Assembly (NCBI GenBank): GCA_032718475.1
Contig: JAUCBJ010004929.1
Span: 31,551 to 95,550 of the forward strand
Reading direction: 5' to 3'
Source of the DNA: Nemertoderma westbladi
Taxonomy: Eukaryota > Animalia > Xenacoelomorpha
DNA length: 64,000 bases
A program made the position numbers and the translations under genes. The notes beneath the pieces were generated by a model. That model had not been told where the DNA came from, searched no databases, and saw only the letters and a program-made list of their open reading frames with translations. Every line of letters starts with the position of its first letter. Positions within the stretch are counted from its first letter, which is position 1. Of the stretch, positions 23,308 through 35,239 are shown piece after piece.

Positions 23308-23547
23308 CCCTGCAAACCACCAACGTTAATCTAAAGTTGGGTTTATGTTAGACATTCGTTAAAAAATGACAGTTAGAATTAACCATAAACCTACGTTAAA
23401 ATACGTTAGAATTCTGTCAATTTTTAACATTAAAAGGGCGGCCACACTAACGTTATTTATATGTATTTTTTACGATAATAATTAACGTTGGCATTGTCAG
23501 AAAATAACGTATATTAATGCATTATTAACGTTAAATTGTTTGCAAGG
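23308..23547. mobile_element. Short TA-flanked MITE
   Basis: TA|CCCTGCAAAC..AACGTTAAT and ATTAACGTT..GTTTGCAAGG|TA; many internal AACGTT palindromes. Confidence 0.65.
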
Positions 23548-24148
23548 TACTGTAAAATATAATTTCTGTAAATATCTTGACTGATATAAAGTTGATTATG
23601 TATGTGGTATCTTGTACTAATTACTACTCTACTATTATGAGAAGTTATCATGTAGTGTATGTGAATATCTATATACTACTGTACATTACGCTGTTGGTTC
23701 TAAACAGTCGGCTTCATTCCGGCTTATATTCCAAGATTACTCTTTGGTTTTCGTCTTAGATTTCAGAATAAATGTAAGCCGAGAATTCAAGTTATACGAG
23801 ATGTTAGATTTCGTTCAAAATTACTTTTTAGAAATTCAGATTATGTTTTGTCAAAGATTACCCCATAGATTTCTGCTTAGTCTTGGCCCTACCCCATAGA
23901 TTAAAGCTTATATTTCGTCCAAGATTAAAACTTATGTAAAAATGACGTTTATGTTACATATGTTATTCATAAAATAACGTTCTAGCTACAAGTTAAATAA
24001 TTATGTATCAAGTTGTAGGCAAAACGTACTGAGAGATAAATGTATGTGACCAGAACGGCATTTCACTATTTGTAAATCCCAAGTGTGTACTGTATCTCTT
24101 AGCTATTTTTACTAAATAAATACCTGGAATGGGTAATTTAATGTCTAC

Positions 24149-26182
24149 TACTACTAGTAGGATCGGCATGCTGCATTGCAGCTGCATTTTTAACAATGCT
24201 GTGCCGGCTTGTCAACAAAATTGCACCGCCACAACTCCCTATCACCCATGACATTTGCTAGATCATCCGCATCTTTAAGGCCAGTGTCCTTTAAGATGCG
24301 TCTCAAGAAAGTCATGGGCTGTCCACCATGCTTATTCACTCCATGAGGCTGCCAAAGTACAAGATTATGCACTGGCTGGTCCTCACGGCGAAAGCAATGT
24401 CCTGCAAAGCGGAGGCGATTTTGTTCTAGTGTCAAGCTTGGGGGAACCAATGAGACACCTCCAATGTTATATAGTGTCTGGTTGGAGATGTGTGCATTGT
24501 ACTTGACACAATGAACCCGGTGTAGCATTCTTGTGAATGTGCCATCCAGAGATTTGGTGTCCTCAGCAGTTAGAGCCCAGCATGGACTCCCGTAGAGGAG
24601 TACTGGAACTACTGCTGCTCTAAATAATCGGACCTTAAGTTTCCGATTAATTCTAGGTGACTTCCAAATCCTGGAAAGCCTATTCAAGGCTGCCCATGCC
24701 TTTCCCTTACGTATTCGAAGGTCCTCACCTGACTTCCGGATCCATGATCCCAGGTAACAGAAGTCATCCTTTGAGCTTATGCTCATCCGATCAGAGACTT
24801 GCTGAGGACTTTTAAAGTTAACTGTCAGAATTTTGGTCTTTCTGGAGTTAATAAAAAGACCAACACTAGAAGCAGCATGTTCTAATGAGCTGAGGAGCCG
24901 TTGGGCTCCCTCTAATGATTCTGAGATTACTCCTAAGTCATCAGCAAAGTCCAGATCAGTTAGGTACTTGGCAGGATTTCCTCGACTTCTGGAGCCAGTA
25001 GGTGGAGTTATCATCACCCCATCATCATTATGATGATCTAAGGACATGCGTAGAACATAGTCAACCACAATAATGAACAAGAATGGTGCAAGTGTGTCTC
25101 CTTGGAGGACGCCCCTTAACACTTCAAATGGTTCTGTGTCACCGTCAACAGTAGACACAAATGTTGTGGAACCATCGTATACTGATCTGATTGCTGCAAT
25201 AATTTCATCAGGAATCCCATATAATGAAAGTATGCTGAACATACGTGACCGAGAGACTGAATCAAAGGCCTTGAAGAAGTCAAAAAAGATAACAGACAGA
25301 TGCCTGTCTTTCTTTTTTGATAATTCTTCAATTATCCTTCTAAGTGCCAAAATGGGCTCCATGGTCCCACGACCTTTATGGAACCCATTCTGATTTCCAT
25401 GGAGCAGTCTCTCAATGGGATCCCTGATGCGATTTAATAGAATCCTATTGTATAGCTTTGCAGCAATCGAGATCAATGAGATTCCCCGAAAAGAACCATA
25501 GAGTGTTAGGTTGCCCTTCTTGGGAACTGGCACCAACTTATTTGTTTTCATTTCTTGTGGGACTCTTGTTGTTCGGTACATGTCTACTATGATGGGATAG
25601 ATGAGCTTTAAACACTCAGGTATTTTAAAGACCTCAGGGGGAACACCATCTACTCCACTGGCACGATTGGTCGTAATGCTCTTTGCAGCAGCCTTCACTT
25701 CTGCAAAGGAGATATCGCCAATGGGAATATCTGGGAGTACAGACTCAGACACTTTTACTTCTATAAAGTTATCAGGTAATACCCTGTCATTATTGAGGAG
25801 CTTTTCAAAGTGGGCTTTCCAACCATTGAGGCGATCGGCTGATGATTCAGCCTTAACCTTGGTGGTTGGTTGGCTTTTCCGCCCAGTAAGCAGATTGATC
25901 GATTTCCATGCCTGGGAGGATTGCTTGCTGTCGTCAGCATCATTGATGGCATCAACCTGTTGGTTTATTAGCTCCTGTAGATTAACAGAGTACTGCCGTT
26001 TAGGGACCTAGATGCAGCCTTAACTGCATTCTTGGCCGCTGTAGTCTGTTTGAGTCGGGACTCTTTCTGTGCCTTATGAAGGTCATTTCGGCACTTCTGA
26101 ATTTTGTTGTCGTCCAGGGGGCCCTTTTCCCGTTTCGAGGGTATAAAGGAACTGTTTCTGCAGCTGCTAACTTAACTGCTTC
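24149..26182 (-). mobile_element. RTE copy C, 3' part (host of BEL-2)
   Basis: Reverse complement of copy B; tail at ~24145-24160; continues at 61355; 33-bp TSD at 24116-24148 and 62240-62272 (1 mismatch). Confidence 0.93.
24190..25752 (-). pseudogene. RTE RT domain of copy C (7-codon deletion, upstream frameshifts)
   Basis: Near-identical to copy B protein but lacks GMLEHVD. Confidence 0.88.
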
Positions 26183-27483
26183 TGTTCGCGGTATTTCAAC
26201 TTTTCATAACGCGAGTTGAATAATTTTTGTATTTATTTAAAATGATTATTCCGATATCACTACTGGGTGCGGGACCATGGGTTTTGGGCAAATTCAATGG
26301 ACTGGGGGCGATTTATGGGCGAATATTGGGGCAACTTACAGGGTACGGGAATAATTTCATGTTTATAAGGGCCAAGGGTGGGAGGAAAAGTTAAGCAGTA
26401 TTCAGGTTAGCCTGAGTACTAATAGGCCCTGGCCAACTTCCTGCTGCCTGTAGAGGTGGATTTGGTAACGCGCCAGGCCTAAAGGACAAGGACTGCCCTT
26501 AGCGGTCCCTGGCCAACAGCAGTTATTACGAGACTGAAAGGAACTCGGAATGCCGGCTGCTTGTGTCAGGGATTTGTGACGGGAAACAACAGCCCCCTTA
26601 GCTAAGCTGTACTGGTTCTCGATGACCGATCCCTTCGGGGTTCGCAAGGGGTGGGACGGACATGCGAAAGGGTTGGCCGACTAACAGAGGACGGGTTTGA
26701 CGAGGACTGCCCTTAGCGGTCTGTGGTCAACAGCAGTTATTACGAGCCTGAAAAGGACATCGGAACGCTGGCTGCTTGTACCAGGGATTTGCGACGGGAA
26801 CCGACGACAGACCCCTTAGCCAAGCCGTACTGGTTCTCGATGATCGTTCCCTTTGGGGTTTGTGAGGGGTGTGACGGACACGTGATGGGGTCGAAAGACA
26901 AAGGACTGGACTCTACTGGCCTACCGACTGTTCGGAGCAGTTTCTCGGCTTCCGAAGCGACTACGAGCCTGAATAAGGACTCGGAAAGCCTAGGTGGTTG
27001 GGTCTCTGCGATGAACCGACGGAACCCTAGCCAAGCCGTGCTGGTTCTCGATGATCGATCCCTTCGGGGTTCGGGAGGGGTGGAACTGACACGCAACAGG
27101 GTCGACCGACACCGACACTACGGCACTAAGACTAGGACCGAGGGAAAATCTGGGGAACATTAGGTAGGCTAAAATCTGAGCGAACAGTGGGTAATTAAAT
27201 AATATACTGCAGGGATTTATATTGTCGTGTATAATTATTGTGAATATTTGGTGTATATTGATTTGGAGAAGCCCAATTAATTATCAATCAGGGTTCAACT
27301 GTAGGAAGTTACATTAAAGAGTATATCCAATCAATGCAACTTTTCCTCAACCGCAATCCTGCATTCAATATATCATTCCTTCTCCACAATCAATATCTGG
27401 TGACTGGCCGGGACTCTGTGGTCTGTAAAGTCACGTCTCCAGCATCGGCGTTTTCCCCCCTGGTGTTTGGGATAACGGCAACA
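26183..27483 (+). repeat. BEL-2 5' LTR with internal modular repeats
   Basis: Matches 39398-39719 plus 60472-61354. Confidence 0.92.
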
Positions 27484-27691
27484 AAATTGATAATTAAACG
27501 CGGCCAACTTCAACTGGTGGAAGTTGGGAATTCTACAATACTCTTCAAACTCTCTCCGTGCTTACCCAGCACCCACTACGAGGAAACTCTGGTATTTGAG
27601 TTAAGACAAAGTCGTGGTTTAATTAATCAACAAACTCGATCTAACCAACTCGTAGTCGGCAGATCACATATTGGAGAGTTGTTAACAGGGA

Positions 27692-27883
27692 ATGGAAGTA
27701 TCGATCACACCTATTGATATCATCCAAGTTGAGCCAGGAATCTGGCACGTTGAGGTGGAAGTACAAGGAACGAACGTCGGACGATTCAGGATTACCGTTC
27801 GGGTGGTCCAGGCTGAGTACAATACCTACGAGGAACTATTCTACGACATCGCATATCTAGCTATCAACGAGGCGTTGGAATGA
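27692..27883 (+). CDS. 63-aa upstream ORF overlapping the gag start (ATGA)
   Basis: Protein-like composition; its TGA (27881-27883) overlaps gag ATG 27880. Confidence 0.35.
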   Translation: MEVSITPIDIIQVEPGIWHVEVEVQGTNVGRFRITVRVVQAEYNTYEELFYDIAYLAINEALE

Positions 27884-30528
27884 TGACAAACAACGTATCC
27901 GATACCAATGAGATGGACCACCATACAGATTCGGAAGCCGACAAGGTACCGAACGTCAAGAACATGACCCGTCGACTAGGGGCTCTCAAGGGCGGAGTAA
28001 CTCGAGCGTATCAACGGATAGAGAAACAACTCAAGGGAGTCAAAACCCCCCTCAACGAGATACAAACTCAGCTTCAGAGTATCCGAAACATCCTACAGCG
28101 ATATGAAAGAATGATACAGGCATACCAAGAGCTCGTTCCCTCCACCGATCAGGAAAACTACCCCAGGTTAGAAGAACACGTTGTACATCTAGATGGGTTC
28201 CGCAAACAACACCGGAGGACCCTCAGCCTTGTGAGAGGCTACGAAGAACAGTATTACAAGAGAGCCGAAAGAACAGATGCAGAATCAGTGCGAACCGCCA
28301 GCACCAGGACAGCAGTACATCGAAGGAGATCGGGACCATCGAGAAACCAGCACTCCAGCGCTAGGAGTGCGGTGTCCGGTTCAGCACACAGCTCTCAAGG
28401 GGGTCAACCACTCCGAGACCAGCTACGAGAACGGAAGGCATTAGCCCTCAAAGCTCGGATGGAAGATGAGTACGTTCAACTGCAAACCGAGCAAGATGTA
28501 TTAGCCGCCGAAATGCAAAAACGAAAGGCCGAACAAGCGGCCAAACGGCAGGACAAACAATGAGAACAGGAGGCTGAACAACATAGACGAGAGGCCGAAC
28601 GACGTGAACAGGAGGCTGAACAACATAGACGAGAGGCCAAACTGCAGACTGAACAACATAGACGAGAGGCCGAACGACGTGAACAGGAAGCCAAACAACG
28701 TGGACGAGAGGCCAAACAAGAGATCGAACAACGTAAATGGGAAGCAGAAATGCGTAAACAACACGCCGAGGCCCAAGCGATTCTTACCCACAAAAAGAAT
28801 GCGGATATTGCGAAACTCGCGGAATACGAAGCCGCACTTATAGAACGAGATATTCAACTCTACGAGGACTGGGAAAGGGATATAGATCAGGACTATGCAC
28901 CAATACCGGTACCGGAATTAGAGAAGTCATTTACACCAACAGCGGCAAAACCGCCGAAACCCGAATTCCCGCCTACCATACAGTCTACGTTATGGGCACA
29001 AGCACCGGTGTTCCATCCCCCACCGGCTACACTTAAACATGAGGAACCGTATTTCCCATCCAACCACACGGCAACGAGTGTACCCTAGTACGAGCCTGAA
29101 AGGGACTCGGAATGGGACGCCACTCCTCAATCCAACAACCCGTTTACATCCACACCACAAACCCGTAGTCGCGTCATCATTAAAACTCCACCTATCATTG
29201 ATCCATCAAGTATGGGAGAGAGTGCCAATAACTATAACCCTCCGAGTCACTCCAGTTCAGACGACGTCGGCATTATCCGGGCATTGGAAAACCGCCTCTC
29301 CATGCCCAAGATGGAGATCCGCACCTTCGAAGGAGATCCCGTCGATTACCTCAGATTCAAGAAACGGTTCTTTGCACAGATTGGATCAACGGACATAGCC
29401 GACACACAGAAACTGGTATATTTATCGCAATACCTGGGTGACAAACCACGCCAAATCATCGCTTGTTTTGAGGGAGGTTCTCATGAAGCATACTACGACG
29501 CATGGAAAACTCTAGATAAAAGATACGGAAATACCGGGACTATAATTAATAAAACTCTAGAGAAACTGATACAAGACGCGGGATCACTAGGGGAACCACA
29601 GAACATCCAGGAATTCTCAGACTCCATGAAGGATGCCTACTACACTCTAAAACCCTTAAACATCGTGAACAACATCCTAAACCTTCGACAGATTGCCCGG
29701 AAGTTCCCCGGATGGCTGCAAAGCAAGTGGGCCTATAAATGCGTAGATCTTCGGCGCAGACACCCAGATCAAGATCCCAGCTTCCTGGAAATGTCGGCAT
29801 TCCTGCACGATATCTCCGAAGCCATGAATGATTCAATGTTCTCGAAACAGAGTCTCACCAAGTTGGACGGAATAGAGAGCAACTCCAGGAGTAAGACACC
29901 CACTCAGAAACCGAGATTCCGCCCTCCTCCGGTGAGTACGATGGCCATCACTATGACAGAGGATTCCGACGACGAAGACTACGAGGAACCGACATCAGCC
30001 AAGGAATGGGCGTGTTACCTCGCGAATTGGGCACCCGAGAGGGAAGGCATCACAAACTCCCTTCTCTGTCTCTATTGTGGAGAGAAACATAAAGTTGAAT
30101 TCTGCAGGAAGTTCCAGTTTGCCGAACTCGTCCCACGCTTCGAGGCGATTATGAAACACCGAGGATGCTTCCGGTGTCTTGGAACAGGTCACTACGTTTG
30201 GGATTGCGACCAAAGTTCGTGTTGTGCGGTTTGTAATGAACTACGTCATCACACGCTCCTCCACATCCCCACTAACTTTGACTTCACCACTCTCCCCTTC
30301 CGGATTGAAGCCAAACGAAGAGGAGAAACGAACCACATCTCCAAAGGATCCCGGACGGTTCAACGAAGGGAAACTAACCCATTTAAAACCTCCACTGACG
30401 CATCACAAGTGACAAATATCTCAGCCACAATCAAACCTTATAAATCGCCGTTATATGGTCTTCGCCAAGGTAATCCCAGTAAGAATTCAGGGAGTCGACA
30501 AATCCTTGACAACGCTCGCGTTCCTTGA
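27880..30528 (+). pseudogene. gag: BEL-2 Gag (in-frame stops at 28561 and 29086)
   Basis: Coiled-coil repeats; FEGDPVDYLRF..QKLVYLSQYL; CLYCGEKH..C, CFRCLGTGH..C, CAVCNELRHHTLLH. Confidence 0.9.
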
Positions 30529-33500
30529 TAACGGGTCGGACGGAACCATCATCGACCGGGATTTCCTTGAGCAACTTGGCCTAGACTATGAACCTTGCAA
30601 ACGGTCCATACAAACTATTACCGACCACAGAGAGGTAGAATCCGGGGAGGTGCAACTCCAGATGGAAGGAGTAATGAAGGGCTATGAGACGGTTAAGCTC
30701 ACCATCAAAAATGCCTTGGTACACACAGACCTCCGAGTGCAGTTCCGACAATCGGCCGAGTACGCCCCCCTTATACAGCTAGATCGAGACGACGTAGACC
30801 TAAGGTGCCCGTCGTTGGATGTAAACCGCATCACCCTACTAATCGGACTTGATACACCGGAATTACACATCCCCACCGGAGATGTCGCCCGATCTATAAA
30901 ACAGGATGAACAAACAATAATGGGATGGACACTCTGCGGCATCAAGGAAGAGACTACCGACACCTATACATACCTTCCTAAATGTCAGATTAAAGAGAAT
31001 GCAACATCCGTGGGTTATTGCTCAGCTACCGACCTTGACGAGGATTTATTTCTTGAGACCGAGAAAACCCAGCAAGAGATGACTAAATACTTTATTCTAG
31101 AGACCCAAGAGTTCGCTGAAAAAGACGAAAACCCGTCTGAGGAGGATCAATATTGTATGGACGTCCTGGACCAGGCTACGTTCGAAGATGGACACTGGTG
31201 TTCACCTATGTTATGGAAGGACCCAAACAAACCAATGGCAAACAACGCTAACATGGCCCTTAGGCGACTTAAGGGGATTCTCCGCCGGCTGAATGACCAA
31301 CCCAAGATAAAGGAGAAATATAATACCATAATCCAAGGATATCTCGATGATGGATTAGCAGAAATGGTACCACGGAATGAACTGCAAGGGGGTAAAAGAA
31401 CATATTATCTTCCAACCCACTACGTGGTAGAAGCCCGGAAGGTTGGGAAAATCCGAGTAGTTAATGATGCCGCTGCTATGTATCAAGGCGAATCCCTGAA
31501 TAGTCAGCTTTATACGGGGCCCAACATATATAGTACACTCATTGGCATATTGATCAGGTTCAGAGAAAACCGGATAGCATTCACCTGCGACATCAAAGCC
31601 ATGTTTCACCAGGTTCGTACGCTACCAAGAGACTCAGACTGTCTACGGATCCTATGGACGGATAAAACACTAACTCAACAGGAGATTAGTCAACTTACAA
31701 TGAAGGACGTAGACGTAATGCGTATGATCGTCAGGATCTTCGGCGCTAAGGACTCGCCGGTAGCATGTAGTGACATGCTGAAGAGAACGGCAACTATGTG
31801 CAAAAACGAGTTCCCTCCAACCGTCATAGAAACCATCCGACGATGCTTCTACGTGGACGACGGATGCGCCGGCGCAGATAATGTGGACGAGGCATATCGG
31901 CTAGCAATGGGGATGGTAGAATGTTTAAAGAAAGGAGGTTTCCCGCTCGTGAAGTTCAGATCCCACAACAAAGAACTCATGGAAAAGTTACCAGAGGACA
32001 TTTGACTAAACGACAACAAAATGTATTCAGAGGATGTGGAACACCGTGTACTCGGTATTGAATGGGACATAGAATCAGACGAATTCATTTTCAAATATAA
32101 ACCCTTACCCAAGCCTATGACGAAAAGGGGATGTTTGTCGATAAAAAGCGCCATCTTTGACCCACTAAATTTCATATCTCCAGTAACCTTGGCCGGAATG
32201 AACCTGATTAAGGAAATGTGGATAGAAGGACTGGGATGGGACGAAGAACTCCCTCCACACCTCAGCGTCAAATGGAGAAAATGGACGGAGCAGCTCGAAC
32301 ACCTACATCTTATGCGGATCCCTCGACCGTTCTTCCTCGATAAACTACCCACCGATATCTTCCAGCTCCATACCTTCTCGGATGCTTCGAATACCGGAAT
32401 CGGCGTAGTCACCTTCTTAAGAAGACTAAGTAACGATGGAAACGGCAATACGAGCTTCTTATTTTCTAAAGCTAAGACAGTATCCGAGGAATTTGTAGCA
32501 ACAATTCCAAGACTCGAGCTACAGGCTGCAGTTTGGGCAGTAAGACTGAATCGCATGGTCATGCGGAACCTACGAATCCCCATCGAATCTCAACACTTCT
32601 GGGTCGATTCGAGTATCGTTCTCTATTATCTCCACTCTCCATCACGGCGTCACACTAGGTTTGTTGCGAACCGAGCCCAGTCTCAGAACAGCCCAGTCTA
32701 CCAACTAAGACCAATGATGGGAGAGGACGGACTGATCCGACTGAATACCTGGATGGCAAACGCCCCGGTCGAATATGAGTTAAATACCTGGCGCTTCTGC
32801 CCGGAACGTCGACACTAGCCAAGCTATTAATTCAACAATGTCACGAGGAAAACCATCACGCAGGACAGAACTGGATTATAGCTAATATAAGACAAAGATA
32901 TTGGATCACCCACATCCAGCCACTGATCCGGAAAGTGTTGAAACATTGCTTTATCTGCCGAAGATATCTAGCGCCACCACTCACACAAAAGATGGCTGAC
33001 TTACCAGCCACCCGTCTACAGTCCGATTCCCCACCATTCTATGTCACCGGAGTGGTCTGTTTCGGACCGTTTACGGTCATCGAACGACGATCCAACATCA
33101 AATGCTGGGGAGCCATCTTCACCTGCCTTAGGTCTAGGGCAATCTACCTAGACATTGTGGTAAACCTGATGCAACACGCATTCATCAATGCTCTGCGTCA
33201 GTTCGTGGCGAACAACGGGACATGTCGCCACATGTATTCCGATAATGGTACAAACTTTGTGGGAGGAGAACGAGAACTTAAGAGAGGCGATTGAGGGATG
33301 GTTTACCGACAACACCGCATCCCAAGTCTGGAAGGAACACCTGATACAGTGGCACTTCCAGACCCCCTTAGCACCCCATACGAGCGGGGTATGGGAGAAA
33401 CTGATCGACTTAGTGAAACGAATCATGCGCGTCGCTCTAGGAGACACCCGGGTAACCCATGACACCCTCCGCACAACATTCTGCGAGATCACGGCTACCC

Positions 33501-34015
33501 TGAATAACCGGCCCATTGTCCCTATCCGCGACGACCCTACAGACCTGGAGCCCCTCACTCCTAACCATCTACTGGGGAGACCCAAAACACATGTTCTCCC
33601 GGAGACAATGTTTCCGGATCGCAACGATATCGCGAGACATACAAATTGGAAGAAGGCCCAAGCGTTGGCAGCGCATTGGTGGAGAATCTGGGCCCAGGAG
33701 TACCTCATAACCCTCCGGACCAGGAGGAAATGGAACAACACCTACAGGAATGTCGCAGTTGGCGATATGGTTCTAGTGAAAGAAGATCTTAAAGACCGTG
33801 TCCACTGGCCTGTGGCGCGAGTCGTGACAATACACCCGAGCAAAGACGGACTTGCGAGGACTGTGACGATACGAACGGCAAAGGGCCACTACCAACGCCC
33901 TATCCAGAGGCTGTGCCTTCTTGAAGGCAATGACAGCGGTGACTCTACGAGAGGTGATAAGTTCCCTACTCAGGATCCTGCTGCGGACATTGGTGACAAT
34001 GATAAACCCGTTTAA
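30455..34015 (+). pseudogene. pol: BEL-2 Pol (PR, RT, RNase H, IN; stops, frameshifts, internal deletion)
   Basis: FLDNGS; DIKAMFHQV, YVDD; FSDAS, IPRLEL, FWVDS; SDNGTNF, GVWEKL, PLTPNHLL, RPIQRLCLL; first integrase Asp reads GVV. Confidence 0.92.
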
Positions 34016-34279
34016 ACCCTTCTCATCCTGTTGACAAACTTTAAACTATGATTTACTGACAATGAAAATGGACCCCCCTTAAACCAACTGTAACCACGCA
34101 ATGGTATTTGTGTTTCCTCGTGTGTTATGTGGAGTCCAGCGTCACCCTGCAGATGTTTCGACTGACGCAGGGTCGTTTATGTATTGTTTACCCTGATTTT
34201 GGTCATCGGGACCAACGATATTGGATTATTGGAAATGGTAAAGATTTGAAGTGGAATTCATTGTATCCATTGTAGTATG

Positions 34280-34705
34280 TTATGTTGTCCGTTGCGTGCG
34301 CAGTTCGGGGCGTAGGCGGTGTAACGAGTCCAGCTGTAGATCCTGGATTGCTGCGCAACACCCCCTCTATCCCGTTATTCTGGTGGGTCCATGGTGCATC
34401 CACATGACTTCGACGATAGGGGGTTTTATGTTCTCAGTCGCTTTATTCTGGTGGGACCGTTGCGTGGATTTTGGGGCGTAGGCGGTGTAACGAGTCCAGC
34501 TATAGATCCCAGAATGTTGCGTAACCCCATCCCACATGACTTCGTCGCTGAGCTTTATGTTGTTGGGAGTGTTATTCTGGTGGGTCCCTGGTGCATTCCA
34601 CGTGACTTCACTCCCAGCGTCTTCATTGTCCGTTACGTGTGCAGTTTGGGGCGTAGGCGGTGTAACTAGCCCAGCTGTAGATCCCAGATTGCTGCGTAAC
34701 ATCCC
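34280..34705. repeat. Three ~170-bp composite repeats between pol and the accessory ORF
   Basis: GGGGCGTAGGCGGTGTAAC..CCAGCT.TAGATCC at 34307, 34473 and 34648; TTATTCTGGTGGG and CCAC(A/G)TGACTTC modules. Confidence 0.85.
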
Positions 34706-35239
34706 TTCCACAACGAAAATTTCCCAAAGAAGATGATTGAATGTAGTTGGAAAAGATGAAAAGAAACAGACGACACTACTATAAACCGAATGATGACGCG
34801 TATGATGATGAAAATGTAATGATGCGCACCCTGGTGCTGCGCTTATAACAAATGATGATAGCCGGGGGGCTATAACCCCAATGATGATGTGGAAATAAAT
34901 GTGAAATAAATTAATAAATGGTGGAACTAAATGATGAAATATGTGTTGAAATAATGAAATGTGAAATGAAATAATAATGAGAAATGGAAAAAGACAAAAA
35001 AATGTATAAAATGTATTAATAAAAGAATTGGAAAAAGAAGAGGACAAAAAAGTCATAAAACTGGTTGGATATTAATGTATAGCTATAGTAACTGTAAATG
35101 CTGAATGTTAGCAATAAGATGGTAGATGCCTATATAGCAATGTTATTTAATAAACTGAATTATACTGCAATCACTATAGTTTCAGACTTTCTGGACTTAT
35201 AATTAACTGATCTAATTTGCAACGGATATAATCGTAAAT

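Noticed and set aside
30455-30528. Programmed gag-pol frameshift in BEL-2
   Set aside because: No slippery heptamer seen; BEL elements are usually single-ORF and this copy has other inactivating lesions
34300-34705. Twister ribozyme repeats
   Set aside because: Stems are present but the pseudoknot pairings and conserved core could not be fitted
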